52,384 nucleotides of DNA. Origin: a virus (Duplodnaviria > Caudoviricetes). This document shows, piece after piece, positions 17,219 to 26,469 of this stretch (position 1 is its first letter; each line of letters opens with the position of its first letter). The notes beneath the pieces were generated by a model that searched no databases, was not told where the DNA came from, and saw nothing but the letters and a program-made list of their open reading frames with translations. The DNA is taken from positions 1-52,384 of IMG/VR virus record IMGVR_UViG_3300027969_000136. One strand, written 5' to 3'. The position numbers were made by a program, and so were the translations under genes.

Positions 17219-17407
17219 ATGAGTGACATCGAACTGACTGAACGCGAAGAAGCCATAGCCAGAAGAGCGGCCAAGCTAGCCATTGAAGAAATGTCTGGCG
17301 AGTTCTACAAGAAGGTTGGTAAGACCGTTGTAGAGAAGGCGCTTATTTGGCTCGGCATGCTAGTTGTTGGTTTTGTGATCGGCAAAGGCTGGATCGTTAA
17401 GGTTTGA
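17219..17407 (+). CDS. small membrane protein, 62 aa
   Basis: C-terminal TM segment LIWLGMLVVGFVIG. Confidence 0.75.
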   Translation: MSDIELTEREEAIARRAAKLAIEEMSGEFYKKVGKTVVEKALIWLGMLVVGFVIGKGWIVKV

Positions 17408-17408
17408 C

Positions 17409-17822
17409 ATGCCTAGTACAAGTAAAAAACAGCATAACTTCATGGCAGCGATTGCAAACAATCCTGCGTTTGCCAAGAAGGTTGGAGTTCCTCAGAGTGT
17501 CGGTAAAGACTTCACGGCTGCGGATAAAGGTAAGAAGTTTCGTTCTGGCGGGATGACCCGTCCAGATATTCAGAAGGTGAACAAGCCTAAAACCGAACAC
17601 GGAAAAATGGCTTTTTTTAAAGAAGGTGGAACTACCATGGCTACAAAGAACAACGGCATCACAACTGCCAAAATGGGCACAGTCAAAACAGCGGCTCCTA
17701 GCCGTGACGGTGTTGCTGTCAAGGGTAAAACCAAAGGCACAATGATCGACATGAAGGGCGGCAAAGTGCTCGGCACTAAAGTGGCCGCAACCAATGGTAT
17801 GAAGCGCGGCGGTAAGTGCTAA
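17409..17822 (+). CDS. basic protein with repeated xxxGG motifs
   Basis: Lys-rich; FRSGG, FKEGG, MKGG, MKRGG. Confidence 0.75.
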   Translation: MPSTSKKQHNFMAAIANNPAFAKKVGVPQSVGKDFTAADKGKKFRSGGMTRPDIQKVNKPKTEHGKMAFFKEGGTTMATKNNGITTAKMGTVKTAAPSRDGVAVKGKTKGTMIDMKGGKVLGTKVAATNGMKRGGKC

Positions 17823-17826
17823 TATC

Positions 17827-18102
17827 ATGATGGCCAGCCGAGGCATGGGGGATATTGCCCCCTCTAAGATGCCCAAGGGCGTACGAAAAGCCCGGCGGGA
17901 CAACACCGATTTCACCCAGTACAAAGAGGGTGGGAAAGTCAATGCGGCTGGCAATTACACAAAGCCCAGTCTTCGCAAGAAGATTGTGTCTCAAGTAAAG
18001 TCAGCAGCAACGCAGGGTACTGGTGCAGGTCAGTGGTCAGCGCGTAAAGCTCAGCTTGTTGCCAAGAAGTACAAGGCGGCAGGCGGGGGTTACCGAGATT
18101 GA
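17827..18102 (+). CDS. small basic protein (MMASRGMG...GQWSARKAQL)
   Basis: Lys/Arg-rich; operon tiling. Confidence 0.75.
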   Translation: MMASRGMGDIAPSKMPKGVRKARRDNTDFTQYKEGGKVNAAGNYTKPSLRKKIVSQVKSAATQGTGAGQWSARKAQLVAKKYKAAGGGYRD

Positions 18103-18332
18103 AAGCGCCTCAGAAATCATTGAAGGACTGGGGCGACCAAAAATGGAGAACCAAAAGTGGTAAAAAATCTTCTGACACTGGTGAAAGATACCTTCCAAGC
18201 GCTGCGATTAAAAGTCTCAGCCCTGCTGAGTACGCTGCGACGACCAAAGCAAAGCGGGCAGGAAAAGCCGCCGGAAAACAATTCGTAAAGCAACCAAAGA
18301 CGATTGCAAAGAAAACGGCAGGATTTAGATGA
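18099..18332 (+). CDS. small basic protein (SLKDWGDQKWRTKSGK, possibly DUF5872-like)
   Basis: TTG start overlapping the upstream stop; ATGA overlap with the next gene. Confidence 0.75.
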   Translation: MKAPQKSLKDWGDQKWRTKSGKKSSDTGERYLPSAAIKSLSPAEYAATTKAKRAGKAAGKQFVKQPKTIAKKTAGFR

Positions 18333-19279
18333 CTACTTCAGGACTCACCTCGTTTAACTTAGACCTCAACGACATGGTCGAGGAGGCTTTTGAACGGGCG
18401 GGTTCTGAGCTTCGCACGGGCTACGACCTGCGCACAGCTAGGCGGTCACTTAATTTGCTCTTTGCTGACTGGGCAAACCGCGGCATCAACATGTGGACGT
18501 TCGAGCAGAACACCATCACGCTGGTGCAGGGGCAAAACACTTACGCACTTCCAGACGATACGGTTGACCTTCTCGACCATGTCATCAGGACTAATGCCAA
18601 CGTGCCCTCTAATCAGGCCGACCTGACGATTACGCGGATCAGTGTGTCTACCTATGCCACCATCCCAAATAAATTGATCCAAGGCCGTCCTATCCAAGTT
18701 TGGGTACAACGTCTGACGGCTAACTCCAACGTATTGGACGGCACACTTCAGGCAAGCATTTCTGCCACGGCCACATCCATACCAATTACAACGCTTGCTG
18801 GTGTCCCCACCGCAGGGTTCATTACGATTGATGGCGAGTTGATTGTGTACAACGAGACGTCTCCAGCAGACGGCGCTACACCCGCATACTTGCTGAACTG
18901 CTTCAGGGGGCAAGATGGCGGCACAGCCGCTACGGGTCACACTGCCGGTGCAGCCATCAACTTGGTTCAAAAGAACAGTGTCACCGTGTGGCCAACTCCC
19001 AATGCAAGCCCCTCATATCAGTTTGTCTACTGGCGCATGCGCCGTATCCAAGACGCTGGTGGCGGCACTAAGACCATGGACGTGCCTTTCCGTTTTGTGC
19101 CTTGTTTGGCTGCAGGTCTGGCTTACTATATTGCCTTGAAAGTCCCAGAAGGGCTTCAGCGTTTGGACATTTTGAAACAGCAGTATGACGAAGCTTGGGA
19201 TCGCGCCGCAGGCGAAGACCAAGAGAAAGCATCCGTGAGGTTTGTGCCCCGTCAGCAGTTCATTGGAAGCGGCACCTAA
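18329..19279 (+). CDS. putative head-tail adaptor/connector
   Basis: EEAFERAG, ARRSLNLLFADWANRGINMW and VPFRFVPCLAAGLAYY motifs; position in the morphogenesis module. Confidence 0.65.
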   Translation: MTTSGLTSFNLDLNDMVEEAFERAGSELRTGYDLRTARRSLNLLFADWANRGINMWTFEQNTITLVQGQNTYALPDDTVDLLDHVIRTNANVPSNQADLTITRISVSTYATIPNKLIQGRPIQVWVQRLTANSNVLDGTLQASISATATSIPITTLAGVPTAGFITIDGELIVYNETSPADGATPAYLLNCFRGQDGGTAATGHTAGAAINLVQKNSVTVWPTPNASPSYQFVYWRMRRIQDAGGGTKTMDVPFRFVPCLAAGLAYYIALKVPEGLQRLDILKQQYDEAWDRAAGEDQEKASVRFVPRQQFIGSGT

Positions 19280-19711
19280 ATGGGCAATCGTTTTTCGTCC
19301 GGCAAGAACGCCATTGCGGAGTGTGACCGCTGTGGGTTTCGATTTAAGCTGCACGAATTACGCAAAGAAATTATCAAAACCAAGAACTACAATCTCTTGG
19401 TCTGCAATATTTGTTGGGATCCCGATCAGCCGCAGTTGCAGTTGGGTATGTACCCGGTGGATGATCCGCAAGGTGTGCGTGATCCGCGTCCCGACTTGAG
19501 CTACTACCAGTCTGGTAACACAGGCTTGCAGATTGTTTTAACCAATAGCACCGCGCAGGACGCAGTTGGTTTACCATCGGAAGGTAGTAGGGTTTTTCAA
19601 TGGGGTTGGAACCCTGTTGGGGGCGCAAGAGGTTTTGATAACGCATTAACGCCAAACTACTTGTTGTTGGGCGTACAAATTGGTACAGTAACGATACAAA
19701 TAGGAGCTTGA
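19280..19711 (+). CDS. hypothetical Zn-binding protein (CDRC...CNIC)
   Basis: Two CxxC motifs; PQLQLG and DPRPD motifs. Confidence 0.75.
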   Translation: MGNRFSSGKNAIAECDRCGFRFKLHELRKEIIKTKNYNLLVCNICWDPDQPQLQLGMYPVDDPQGVRDPRPDLSYYQSGNTGLQIVLTNSTAQDAVGLPSEGSRVFQWGWNPVGGARGFDNALTPNYLLLGVQIGTVTIQIGA

Positions 19712-19712
19712 T

Positions 19713-19928
19713 ATGGCTAAAAGTGATTCAAAAGAAGACATGAAAATGGACTTGGCGCAAGACAAGAAGATGATTAAGTCTGCGGTTGGTAAGCATGAGA
19801 AAAACATGCACCCCGGTAAGACACCTACAAAACTTCGCGCTGGCGGTAAAACCAACAGCGAAATGTTGAAGTATGGCCGCAACATGGCCAAGGTGATGAA
19901 CCAGAAATCCGTTGGTCGTGGAGGTTAA
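19713..19928 (+). CDS. small basic protein
   Basis: AGGAG SD; contains LRAGG. Confidence 0.75.
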   Translation: MAKSDSKEDMKMDLAQDKKMIKSAVGKHEKNMHPGKTPTKLRAGGKTNSEMLKYGRNMAKVMNQKSVGRGG

Positions 19929-19930
19929 TC

Positions 19931-20128
19931 ATGGCTACATACAGACAACCTAAAAAAGAACCTACAGTTGTTGTGGGTGAGATGCCTGTCAAGCAAGCGT
20001 TGAGTGCCAATCAATCGTTGGCTAACGAGCGCAGCAACCCTTACCCCGGCACTAAAACATCTGGCATCAAGATTCGTGGCACAGGCGCTGCGACTAAAGG
20101 TCTGATGGCACGAGGCCCGATGGCATAA
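19931..20128 (+). CDS. small basic protein (RGTGAATKGLMARGPMA)
   Basis: GGAGG SD. Confidence 0.75.
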   Translation: MATYRQPKKEPTVVVGEMPVKQALSANQSLANERSNPYPGTKTSGIKIRGTGAATKGLMARGPMA

Positions 20129-20130
20129 GT

Positions 20131-20793
20131 ATGGATTACACAGCACTCAGCAACGCTATTCAGGCGTACACGGAGAATACTGAAGCGAACTTTATCGCTG
20201 AAATACCCGTGTTCGTTACGCAAGCTGAGCAGCGTATTTACAACTCCATGCAGTTCCCGTCTATTCGCAAGAATGTGACGGGCAGCACCACGCAAAACAA
20301 TAAGTATTTGGCTTGCCCATCTGACTTCTTGGCGGTGTACTCCATGGCGGCAATCGATGCCGATGGTAACTACGAGTATTTACTGAATAAAGACGTTAAC
20401 TTTATCCGTCAGTCATACCCCAATCCAAACCAAGATAAAGGCATACCAAAGTATTACGCTTTGTTTGGCCCGCAATCTAATGATGTAAATGAGTTGTCTT
20501 TCATCCTTGGCCCAACGCCAGATGCTGACTATGACGTTGAGTTGCACTATTACTACTACCCACCAAGCATTACTGTGGCACCGTTCACATCTTGGCTGGG
20601 TGACAACTTTGACTCTGTACTTTTGTACGGGTCTTTGGTGGAAGCGTACACCTACATGAAGGGCGAAACCGACATGATGCAACTCTACAACCAAAAGTTC
20701 ATGGAAGCTCTTGCGTTGGCTAAGCGTTTGGCAGATGGCATGGAGCGTCAGGACGCGTATCGTTCTGGTCAGTTCCGTCAGCGAGTAACTTAA
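20131..20793 (+). CDS. putative tail adaptor protein
   Basis: QAEQRI, GIPKYYA, GPTPD..Y.VELHYYY and LLYGSLVEAY motifs typical of podophage adaptors. Confidence 0.65.
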   Translation: MDYTALSNAIQAYTENTEANFIAEIPVFVTQAEQRIYNSMQFPSIRKNVTGSTTQNNKYLACPSDFLAVYSMAAIDADGNYEYLLNKDVNFIRQSYPNPNQDKGIPKYYALFGPQSNDVNELSFILGPTPDADYDVELHYYYYPPSITVAPFTSWLGDNFDSVLLYGSLVEAYTYMKGETDMMQLYNQKFMEALALAKRLADGMERQDAYRSGQFRQRVT

Positions 20794-20794
20794 T

Positions 20795-21247
20795 ATGTCA
20801 ATCCAACAAACAGCAACCACAAGCTTTAAAGTTCAACTGCTTCAAGCAGTTCATAACTTTGGCCCCACATCGCCTGACACATTTAAGCTTGCCTTGTACA
20901 CGGGCGCGGCTAACATTGGTGCAGGCACAACGGCATACACAGCTACGGGCGAAGTACCAAACGGTGGTGGGTATACAACTACTGGGCAGGTTTTAACCAT
21001 TTCAGTTTCTCCCACATCCGGCAACAATTCAGCGGCAGTGCCAACGGCGTACATATCGTTTGCTAACGAGACGTGGACAAACGCCACTTTTACTTGCCGC
21101 GGTGCCTTGGTCTATAACGACACGGTTGCGGGTAAACCCTCAGTTGCTGTGTTGGACTTTGGTTCAGACAAAACTGTAAACAACGATACTTTCACGGTCA
21201 TTTTCCCAACGCCAGATGCAAACAATGCCATCGTGCGTATTTCTTAA
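20795..21247 (+). CDS. putative tail/baseplate-associated structural protein
   Basis: TSFKVQLL, FKLALYT, GALVYN and VAVLDFGSDK motifs. Confidence 0.7.
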   Translation: MSIQQTATTSFKVQLLQAVHNFGPTSPDTFKLALYTGAANIGAGTTAYTATGEVPNGGGYTTTGQVLTISVSPTSGNNSAAVPTAYISFANETWTNATFTCRGALVYNDTVAGKPSVAVLDFGSDKTVNNDTFTVIFPTPDANNAIVRIS

Positions 21248-21259
21248 CTAGGAGCCATC

Positions 21260-21850
21260 ATGAGCACAGAAAAATCTATAGCCAAAGACGTGGTGTCTGC
21301 TGGCCTTAATGCTAACCGCAGCGGCACTGAATCCGTGGGCGCGGGTGGCGTATTCACCGTTACTTGCGTAAGCAAAGACGGCTTAACGAAATGGACTGAA
21401 TCTTTCCACAACTTGGTTGTGAACGAAGGTTTGGTTTTCATGAATGGCGCAAACTTCTTGGCTACGGGATATACCGCAGCTTGGTACTTGGGTCTGGTTG
21501 AAGGCCCCGGTTCTGGCAACACGTATGCCGCTGGCAATACACTGGCTGTTCATGCAGGTTGGACTGAGTTGGTTCCCGGTACAGATTACACAGGCAATCG
21601 ACAAGCGGTAGTATTTAATGGCTCTTCTCCAACTTCGGCTAACCCTTCTGTTGTAAGCAACTCTGTTTCTCCTGCTGTGTTTCCCATGTTGGTAAACGGT
21701 ACATCGGTTGCGGGCGCTTTGTTGGCTACAGTGTCAAGCGGTACCTCAGGCACTTTGTTCTCTGTTGGTAATTTTACCGGCGGTGACAAATCTGTGGACG
21801 CTGGCGACACACTGAATGTTACTTACACATTCTCTTTGACCGCAACCTGA
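21260..21850 (+). CDS. putative tail-associated structural protein
   Basis: NLVVNEG, WYLGL and GDTLNVTY motifs; AGGAG SD. Confidence 0.7.
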   Translation: MSTEKSIAKDVVSAGLNANRSGTESVGAGGVFTVTCVSKDGLTKWTESFHNLVVNEGLVFMNGANFLATGYTAAWYLGLVEGPGSGNTYAAGNTLAVHAGWTELVPGTDYTGNRQAVVFNGSSPTSANPSVVSNSVSPAVFPMLVNGTSVAGALLATVSSGTSGTLFSVGNFTGGDKSVDAGDTLNVTYTFSLTAT

Positions 21851-21862
21851 TTAGGTGGCTAG

Positions 21863-22786
21863 GTGTTCGGAGATGTTGCTTTTGCGCAAGCCCCGTTCGC
21901 TGCTTTAGGCGGAGCGACGTTTAGCAGAGCCGTCTCTGAAACAGCTTCTGCAGAAGCTGAGAACAGTTTTGTATTTAAAGCTGGTGGTTTAATACAAGAA
22001 CTTGTTTCAGGCATAGAAACACAAACTGTTGTTGGAATTATGGTAGCCACTGCCTTTGAGGCGGCGTCTGGCCTAGATGCGGTAAGTAGCGACAATAACG
22101 TGTTTAATGCTACGCAACTTGCGGATGCAAGCGTAGTAGATGCCGTTACTGCACAAGGTGACTTTTTTGCTACAGACTCAGAAACTGCTTCTGGAATAGA
22201 CGCTGTATCTGTGCAAGGGACTTTAAACGGTTCAATGTCAGAAACAGCTAGTGCAGTTGCTGAGTTCCTTGGCGGTTTACTTGTCTCTGTCAATATTTCT
22301 GAGGCGGCTTCCGGTATAGATGCGGTTGCTACGCAAGTTGCGTATGCGGCGGCAATGAGTGAGGCTGTTTCGGCCAGCGCGGTCAGCACCTCTCAAGTAG
22401 ATTTTGTTGCGGCAATTCAAGAGGCGGTAAGTGCGGTAAGTGCAAGCACGGCGGCTGGTGAATTTGTAGCAACCGTAGCCGAAGCTGTATCTGGAGTAGA
22501 CACCGTTATAGGTGGCATACTGTTCACTGCAAGCATTTCCGAAGCGGCTTCTGGTGTAGATTCAGTTTCTGTTCAAGTAGTGTTTACGGGCACCGTTGCT
22601 GAGATGGCTTCCGCAGTAGACTCCCTAAGTGCGCTTGCTAACATTAACGCAAACGTTACAGGAATTCAGCTTTTGGTATCTATTGGTAATGTACTTGTTT
22701 GGGCGGTTATAGATGACAGCCAAGACCCGAACTGGCAAAATATCAATAACACACAAACCCCCGGTTGGACGGATATTCCGTCATAA
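21863..22786 (+). CDS. Ala/Ser/Val-rich repeat protein (MFG..AFAQAPFA), tail-associated
   Basis: GTG start; recurring ~19-aa EAASGxDAV repeats. Confidence 0.7.
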   Translation: MFGDVAFAQAPFAALGGATFSRAVSETASAEAENSFVFKAGGLIQELVSGIETQTVVGIMVATAFEAASGLDAVSSDNNVFNATQLADASVVDAVTAQGDFFATDSETASGIDAVSVQGTLNGSMSETASAVAEFLGGLLVSVNISEAASGIDAVATQVAYAAAMSEAVSASAVSTSQVDFVAAIQEAVSAVSASTAAGEFVATVAEAVSGVDTVIGGILFTASISEAASGVDSVSVQVVFTGTVAEMASAVDSLSALANINANVTGIQLLVSIGNVLVWAVIDDSQDPNWQNINNTQTPGWTDIPS

Positions 22787-22795
22787 GGATTTAAG

Positions 22796-25700
22796 ATGGC
22801 TATTGTTGTAAAAGATCGGGTCAAACAAACCGCATCCAATCCCGGCACGGGTACGATTACGCTGGGCGCTACAGCCACAGGGTTTCAGGCTTTCTCTGCC
22901 ATTGGTAATGGGAACGTTACTTACTTTGCAATTGTTGATGCCGCTTCTGGCGATTGGGAAGTTAACTACGGCACATACACATCTTCCGGAACAACGCTAA
23001 CTCGTAATAGCCCCCCACTGTCTTCTTCTAACGCTGGTGCATTGGTAAACTTTACGGGCACAGTAGATGTGTTCTGTACATACCCATCTGAGAAAGCCAT
23101 CTATGAAGAGGTGTCTGGTAACGTTCTAATTGACGGTGGCCCAATCACTGTTGTTGGCACAGGCGTTACAAGCTACACCACGTTCTCGGCTGCTTTGGCT
23201 GAGTTGTATGCCAACGTAGATAGCTTTGCGCAAATGTATGCGCAAAACTTAAGTGATGGATCGTCTGCCTCTACTGATATTGTTGCTTATAACGATATTG
23301 GCGATGGCACAAATAACTTTATTGATATGGGTATTGCTAGTTCCAATTACACGGAAGTGGCTTATCCAATCTTTACACCCGGTTCAGGTTATCTCTACAA
23401 CGATGGCGGTGAGTTATTTATTGGTAGTGCTACAGATGATGTGGTGTTTTTTGCCGGTGGTGTGGATACTGCTGATGAAGCGCTACGGATTGATAAAACA
23501 ACCAAAGATTTAAGCGCCACAGGTGCTCTTGGTATTGGCGGCGGTTTGACTGTGACAGGCGCAGCTTCATTCAGTTCTACAGTTGCACTGAGTGCAAACC
23601 CAACTACCGCGTTGCAAGCGGCTACCAAACAGTACGTAGACAACCAAGTTACAGCAGGTATTCACATCCATGAACCTGTTTTGGTGGCAACAACGGGTAA
23701 CTTGACTGCGACTTATACGGGTGGTGGCACAAACGCCAACATTATTCAGATTGCCAACGGCACGGACATTACGTTTTTTAGCGTCACTCCTGCAGTGGGC
23801 GATCAGTTCTACATTGGTAGTTCAAGTAATGGTTTGATTGCCAACACTGCGTATTTTGTTGTAAATATTGTTAGCGGATCAACCATCCAAGCGTCGTTGA
23901 CATTTGATGGCGCAATTGTTACTGGGTTGACCAATGGTTCACCCACCATTCCCTCTGTCATTAACTCAGGCGTTGGCGCATACCTGACCAATTCGGGTGC
24001 ACAGGCGGCGCTGTCAATTGATGGTGTTGCTCTAGCATCTACTAATCGGGTTCTTGTTCGCAACCAAACCACGGCATCGCAGAATGGTGTTTACACCGTA
24101 ACCACTGTTGGTACAGGCGCAACTAATTGGGTTTTAACTCGCGCAACAGACGCTGACAGGGTTATTCCAACAGACCCCTTGGGATTGGGCACAGGCGATT
24201 ATTTCTTTGTGCAATCCGGCACGCTCGGTGCAGGCGATTCTTTTGTCCTGACCACCGAACCCAACACAATGATTATTGGGTATACCGCACTGACATATAC
24301 ACAGTTCAGTGGTGGTATTACATACACTGGCGGTACTAACATTGATGTGACAGGGCAAGTTATCTCTGTCACAGGTGCTATTGGTGCAACAAACGGTGGT
24401 ACGGGCACGGCTACTGTTGCTACAGGCGACCTGCTTTATGGCTCTGCCGCTAATACATGGAGCAAACTTGGTGTTGGTTCTGCATACAAGTCTTTAGTTG
24501 TCAATGCCGCAGGCACATTGCCTGAATGGAACGCTGTTGCTTTAAACCAATCGGGCGCAGTGTCCGGTGCTTTACCCACTGCTAATGGCGGTACAAACTT
24601 AACAACATATACATTGGGTGACACACTGTACTCAAGTGCGGCTAATACATTAACCAAACTTTCTGGAAATACAACCACGACCAAGAAGTTTTTGGTTCAA
24701 ACTGGTACGGGTGCGGCTTCTGCGGCTCCTACTTGGGATGTAGTTAATGGTGCAGATGTAAACGGAAATATCTCTGGATCGGCTGGGTCTGTGGCAAATG
24801 CGCTAACGTTGGGTACATATCTGACGGGCACTAGCTTTAACGGCTCTACTGCTGTAACGGCAACCGTTGACGCAACATCAGCTAATACTGCCTCCAAAGT
24901 GGTGGCACGGGATTCTTCAGGCAACTTCTCAGCCGGAACAATTACAGCTACTTTGAGTGGTTCCTCAACAAGCGCAACAACGGCCACCAACTTGGCTGGC
25001 GGTGCTAACTTACAGATTCCATATCAAACAGGCGCTGGAACTACATCATTTATCACTGCGGCTTCAGGTACAAACTACGTTCTAAACTACACCGGCTCTG
25101 CATTTAGCTGGGTGGCGGGAACAATCTCCGGCGTGGCTTTGGGTTCCAACCTAAATGCTTTGACGCTTGGTACATATTTAACTGGAACAAGCTACAACGG
25201 CAGTACAACAGTGACTGCGGCGGTAGATGCAACTTCTGCTAATACAGCTTCTAAGGTTGTAGCTCGTGATTCCTCTGGTAATTTCTCAGCCGGTACGATT
25301 ACAGCGGCTTTAACTGGAAATGCAACAACGGCAACAACGTTGGCTACGGCGCGGGCAATTTACGGTAATAATTTTGATGGATCGGCGGCGTTAACGCAGG
25401 TCATTGCTTCTACATACGGCGGTACAGGTAACGGATTTACCAAGTTTAGCGGCCCAACAACGGCTGAAAGAACCTTTACGTTACCTGACGCTACAGCAAC
25501 TATTCTGACTTCCAATGCGGCAGTTACAGTAGGACAAGGCGGTACGGGTTTAACAGCAGGAACTTCTGGCGGCATACCTTACTACAGTAGTACCAGTGCA
25601 ATAACGTCTTCTGCTCTTTTGACGCAGTACGGTGTTGTTTATGGTGGGGGCGCTGGAGCGGCTCCTGTGGCTACTGCGGCTGGAACAACCGGTCAAGTTT

Positions 25701-26461
25701 TGCAAGCCACTACAAGTGGAGCACCAGTATGGGGTACTACCTACGCAGGTACGGTTACTTCAGTTGGGTTTACTGGCGGCATTATTACGGTTGCCACTCA
25801 AACAACTACCCCAGCATTTACGGTTGCTGGAACAAGTGGTGGCATACCTTACTTCTCTAGTGCAAGCACTTGGGCTACTTCTGCGGCTTTAGCGGCTAAT
25901 TCGCTAGTTATTGGAGGTGGTGCGGGTGTTGCGCCGTCTACTACAACAACAGCAACAGGTGCTTTAACATTCCTTGGAACGCCTACCAGTGCCAACCTTG
26001 CGGCTTTGTTGACAGATGAAACAGGTTCAGGTGCTAATGTTTTTGCAACTAGCCCTACATTGGTAACACCCCTCCTTGGCACACCAACGTCAGGTATTTT
26101 AAGTAACTGTACAGTTGACGGCACAGATGCCGTTGGTTTCCGTAACATTCCTCAGAATGCACAGACCGGCAATTACACGTTAGTTTTGGCTGACTCGGGT
26201 AAACACATCTACCACGCTGTAGCGGCAGGCGCGGCTACTTACACAATCCCTGCAAACGGTACTGTGGCATACCCAATCGGTACCGCTTTGAGTTTTGTAA
26301 ACCTGTCAACTACTTCGATCAGTATTGCAATCACCACAGATACAATGTATTTGGGCGGCACAGGTACTACAGGTACTCGTACATTGGCGCAATACGGCAC
26401 AGCCACAGCATTAAAAGTCACAAGTACCGTTTGGATAATCACCGGTAGCGGTCTAACATAA
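22796..26461 (+). CDS. long tail fibre protein, 1221 aa
   Basis: Thr/Gly/Ala-rich; KDRVKQT N-terminus; AATKQYVD, RVLVRNQT...NGVY and GGTG repeats. Confidence 0.85.
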   Translation: MAIVVKDRVKQTASNPGTGTITLGATATGFQAFSAIGNGNVTYFAIVDAASGDWEVNYGTYTSSGTTLTRNSPPLSSSNAGALVNFTGTVDVFCTYPSEKAIYEEVSGNVLIDGGPITVVGTGVTSYTTFSAALAELYANVDSFAQMYAQNLSDGSSASTDIVAYNDIGDGTNNFIDMGIASSNYTEVAYPIFTPGSGYLYNDGGELFIGSATDDVVFFAGGVDTADEALRIDKTTKDLSATGALGIGGGLTVTGAASFSSTVALSANPTTALQAATKQYVDNQVTAGIHIHEPVLVATTGNLTATYTGGGTNANIIQIANGTDITFFSVTPAVGDQFYIGSSSNGLIANTAYFVVNIVSGSTIQASLTFDGAIVTGLTNGSPTIPSVINSGVGAYLTNSGAQAALSIDGVALASTNRVLVRNQTTASQNGVYTVTTVGTGATNWVLTRATDADRVIPTDPLGLGTGDYFFVQSGTLGAGDSFVLTTEPNTMIIGYTALTYTQFSGGITYTGGTNIDVTGQVISVTGAIGATNGGTGTATVATGDLLYGSAANTWSKLGVGSAYKSLVVNAAGTLPEWNAVALNQSGAVSGALPTANGGTNLTTYTLGDTLYSSAANTLTKLSGNTTTTKKFLVQTGTGAASAAPTWDVVNGADVNGNISGSAGSVANALTLGTYLTGTSFNGSTAVTATVDATSANTASKVVARDSSGNFSAGTITATLSGSSTSATTATNLAGGANLQIPYQTGAGTTSFITAASGTNYVLNYTGSAFSWVAGTISGVALGSNLNALTLGTYLTGTSYNGSTTVTAAVDATSANTASKVVARDSSGNFSAGTITAALTGNATTATTLATARAIYGNNFDGSAALTQVIASTYGGTGNGFTKFSGPTTAERTFTLPDATATILTSNAAVTVGQGGTGLTAGTSGGIPYYSSTSAITSSALLTQYGVVYGGGAGAAPVATAAGTTGQVLQATTSGAPVWGTTYAGTVTSVGFTGGIITVATQTTTPAFTVAGTSGGIPYFSSASTWATSAALAANSLVIGGGAGVAPSTTTTATGALTFLGTPTSANLAALLTDETGSGANVFATSPTLVTPLLGTPTSGILSNCTVDGTDAVGFRNIPQNAQTGNYTLVLADSGKHIYHAVAAGAATYTIPANGTVAYPIGTALSFVNLSTTSISIAITTDTMYLGGTGTTGTRTLAQYGTATALKVTSTVWIITGSGLT

Positions 26462-26469
26462 GGACAATC

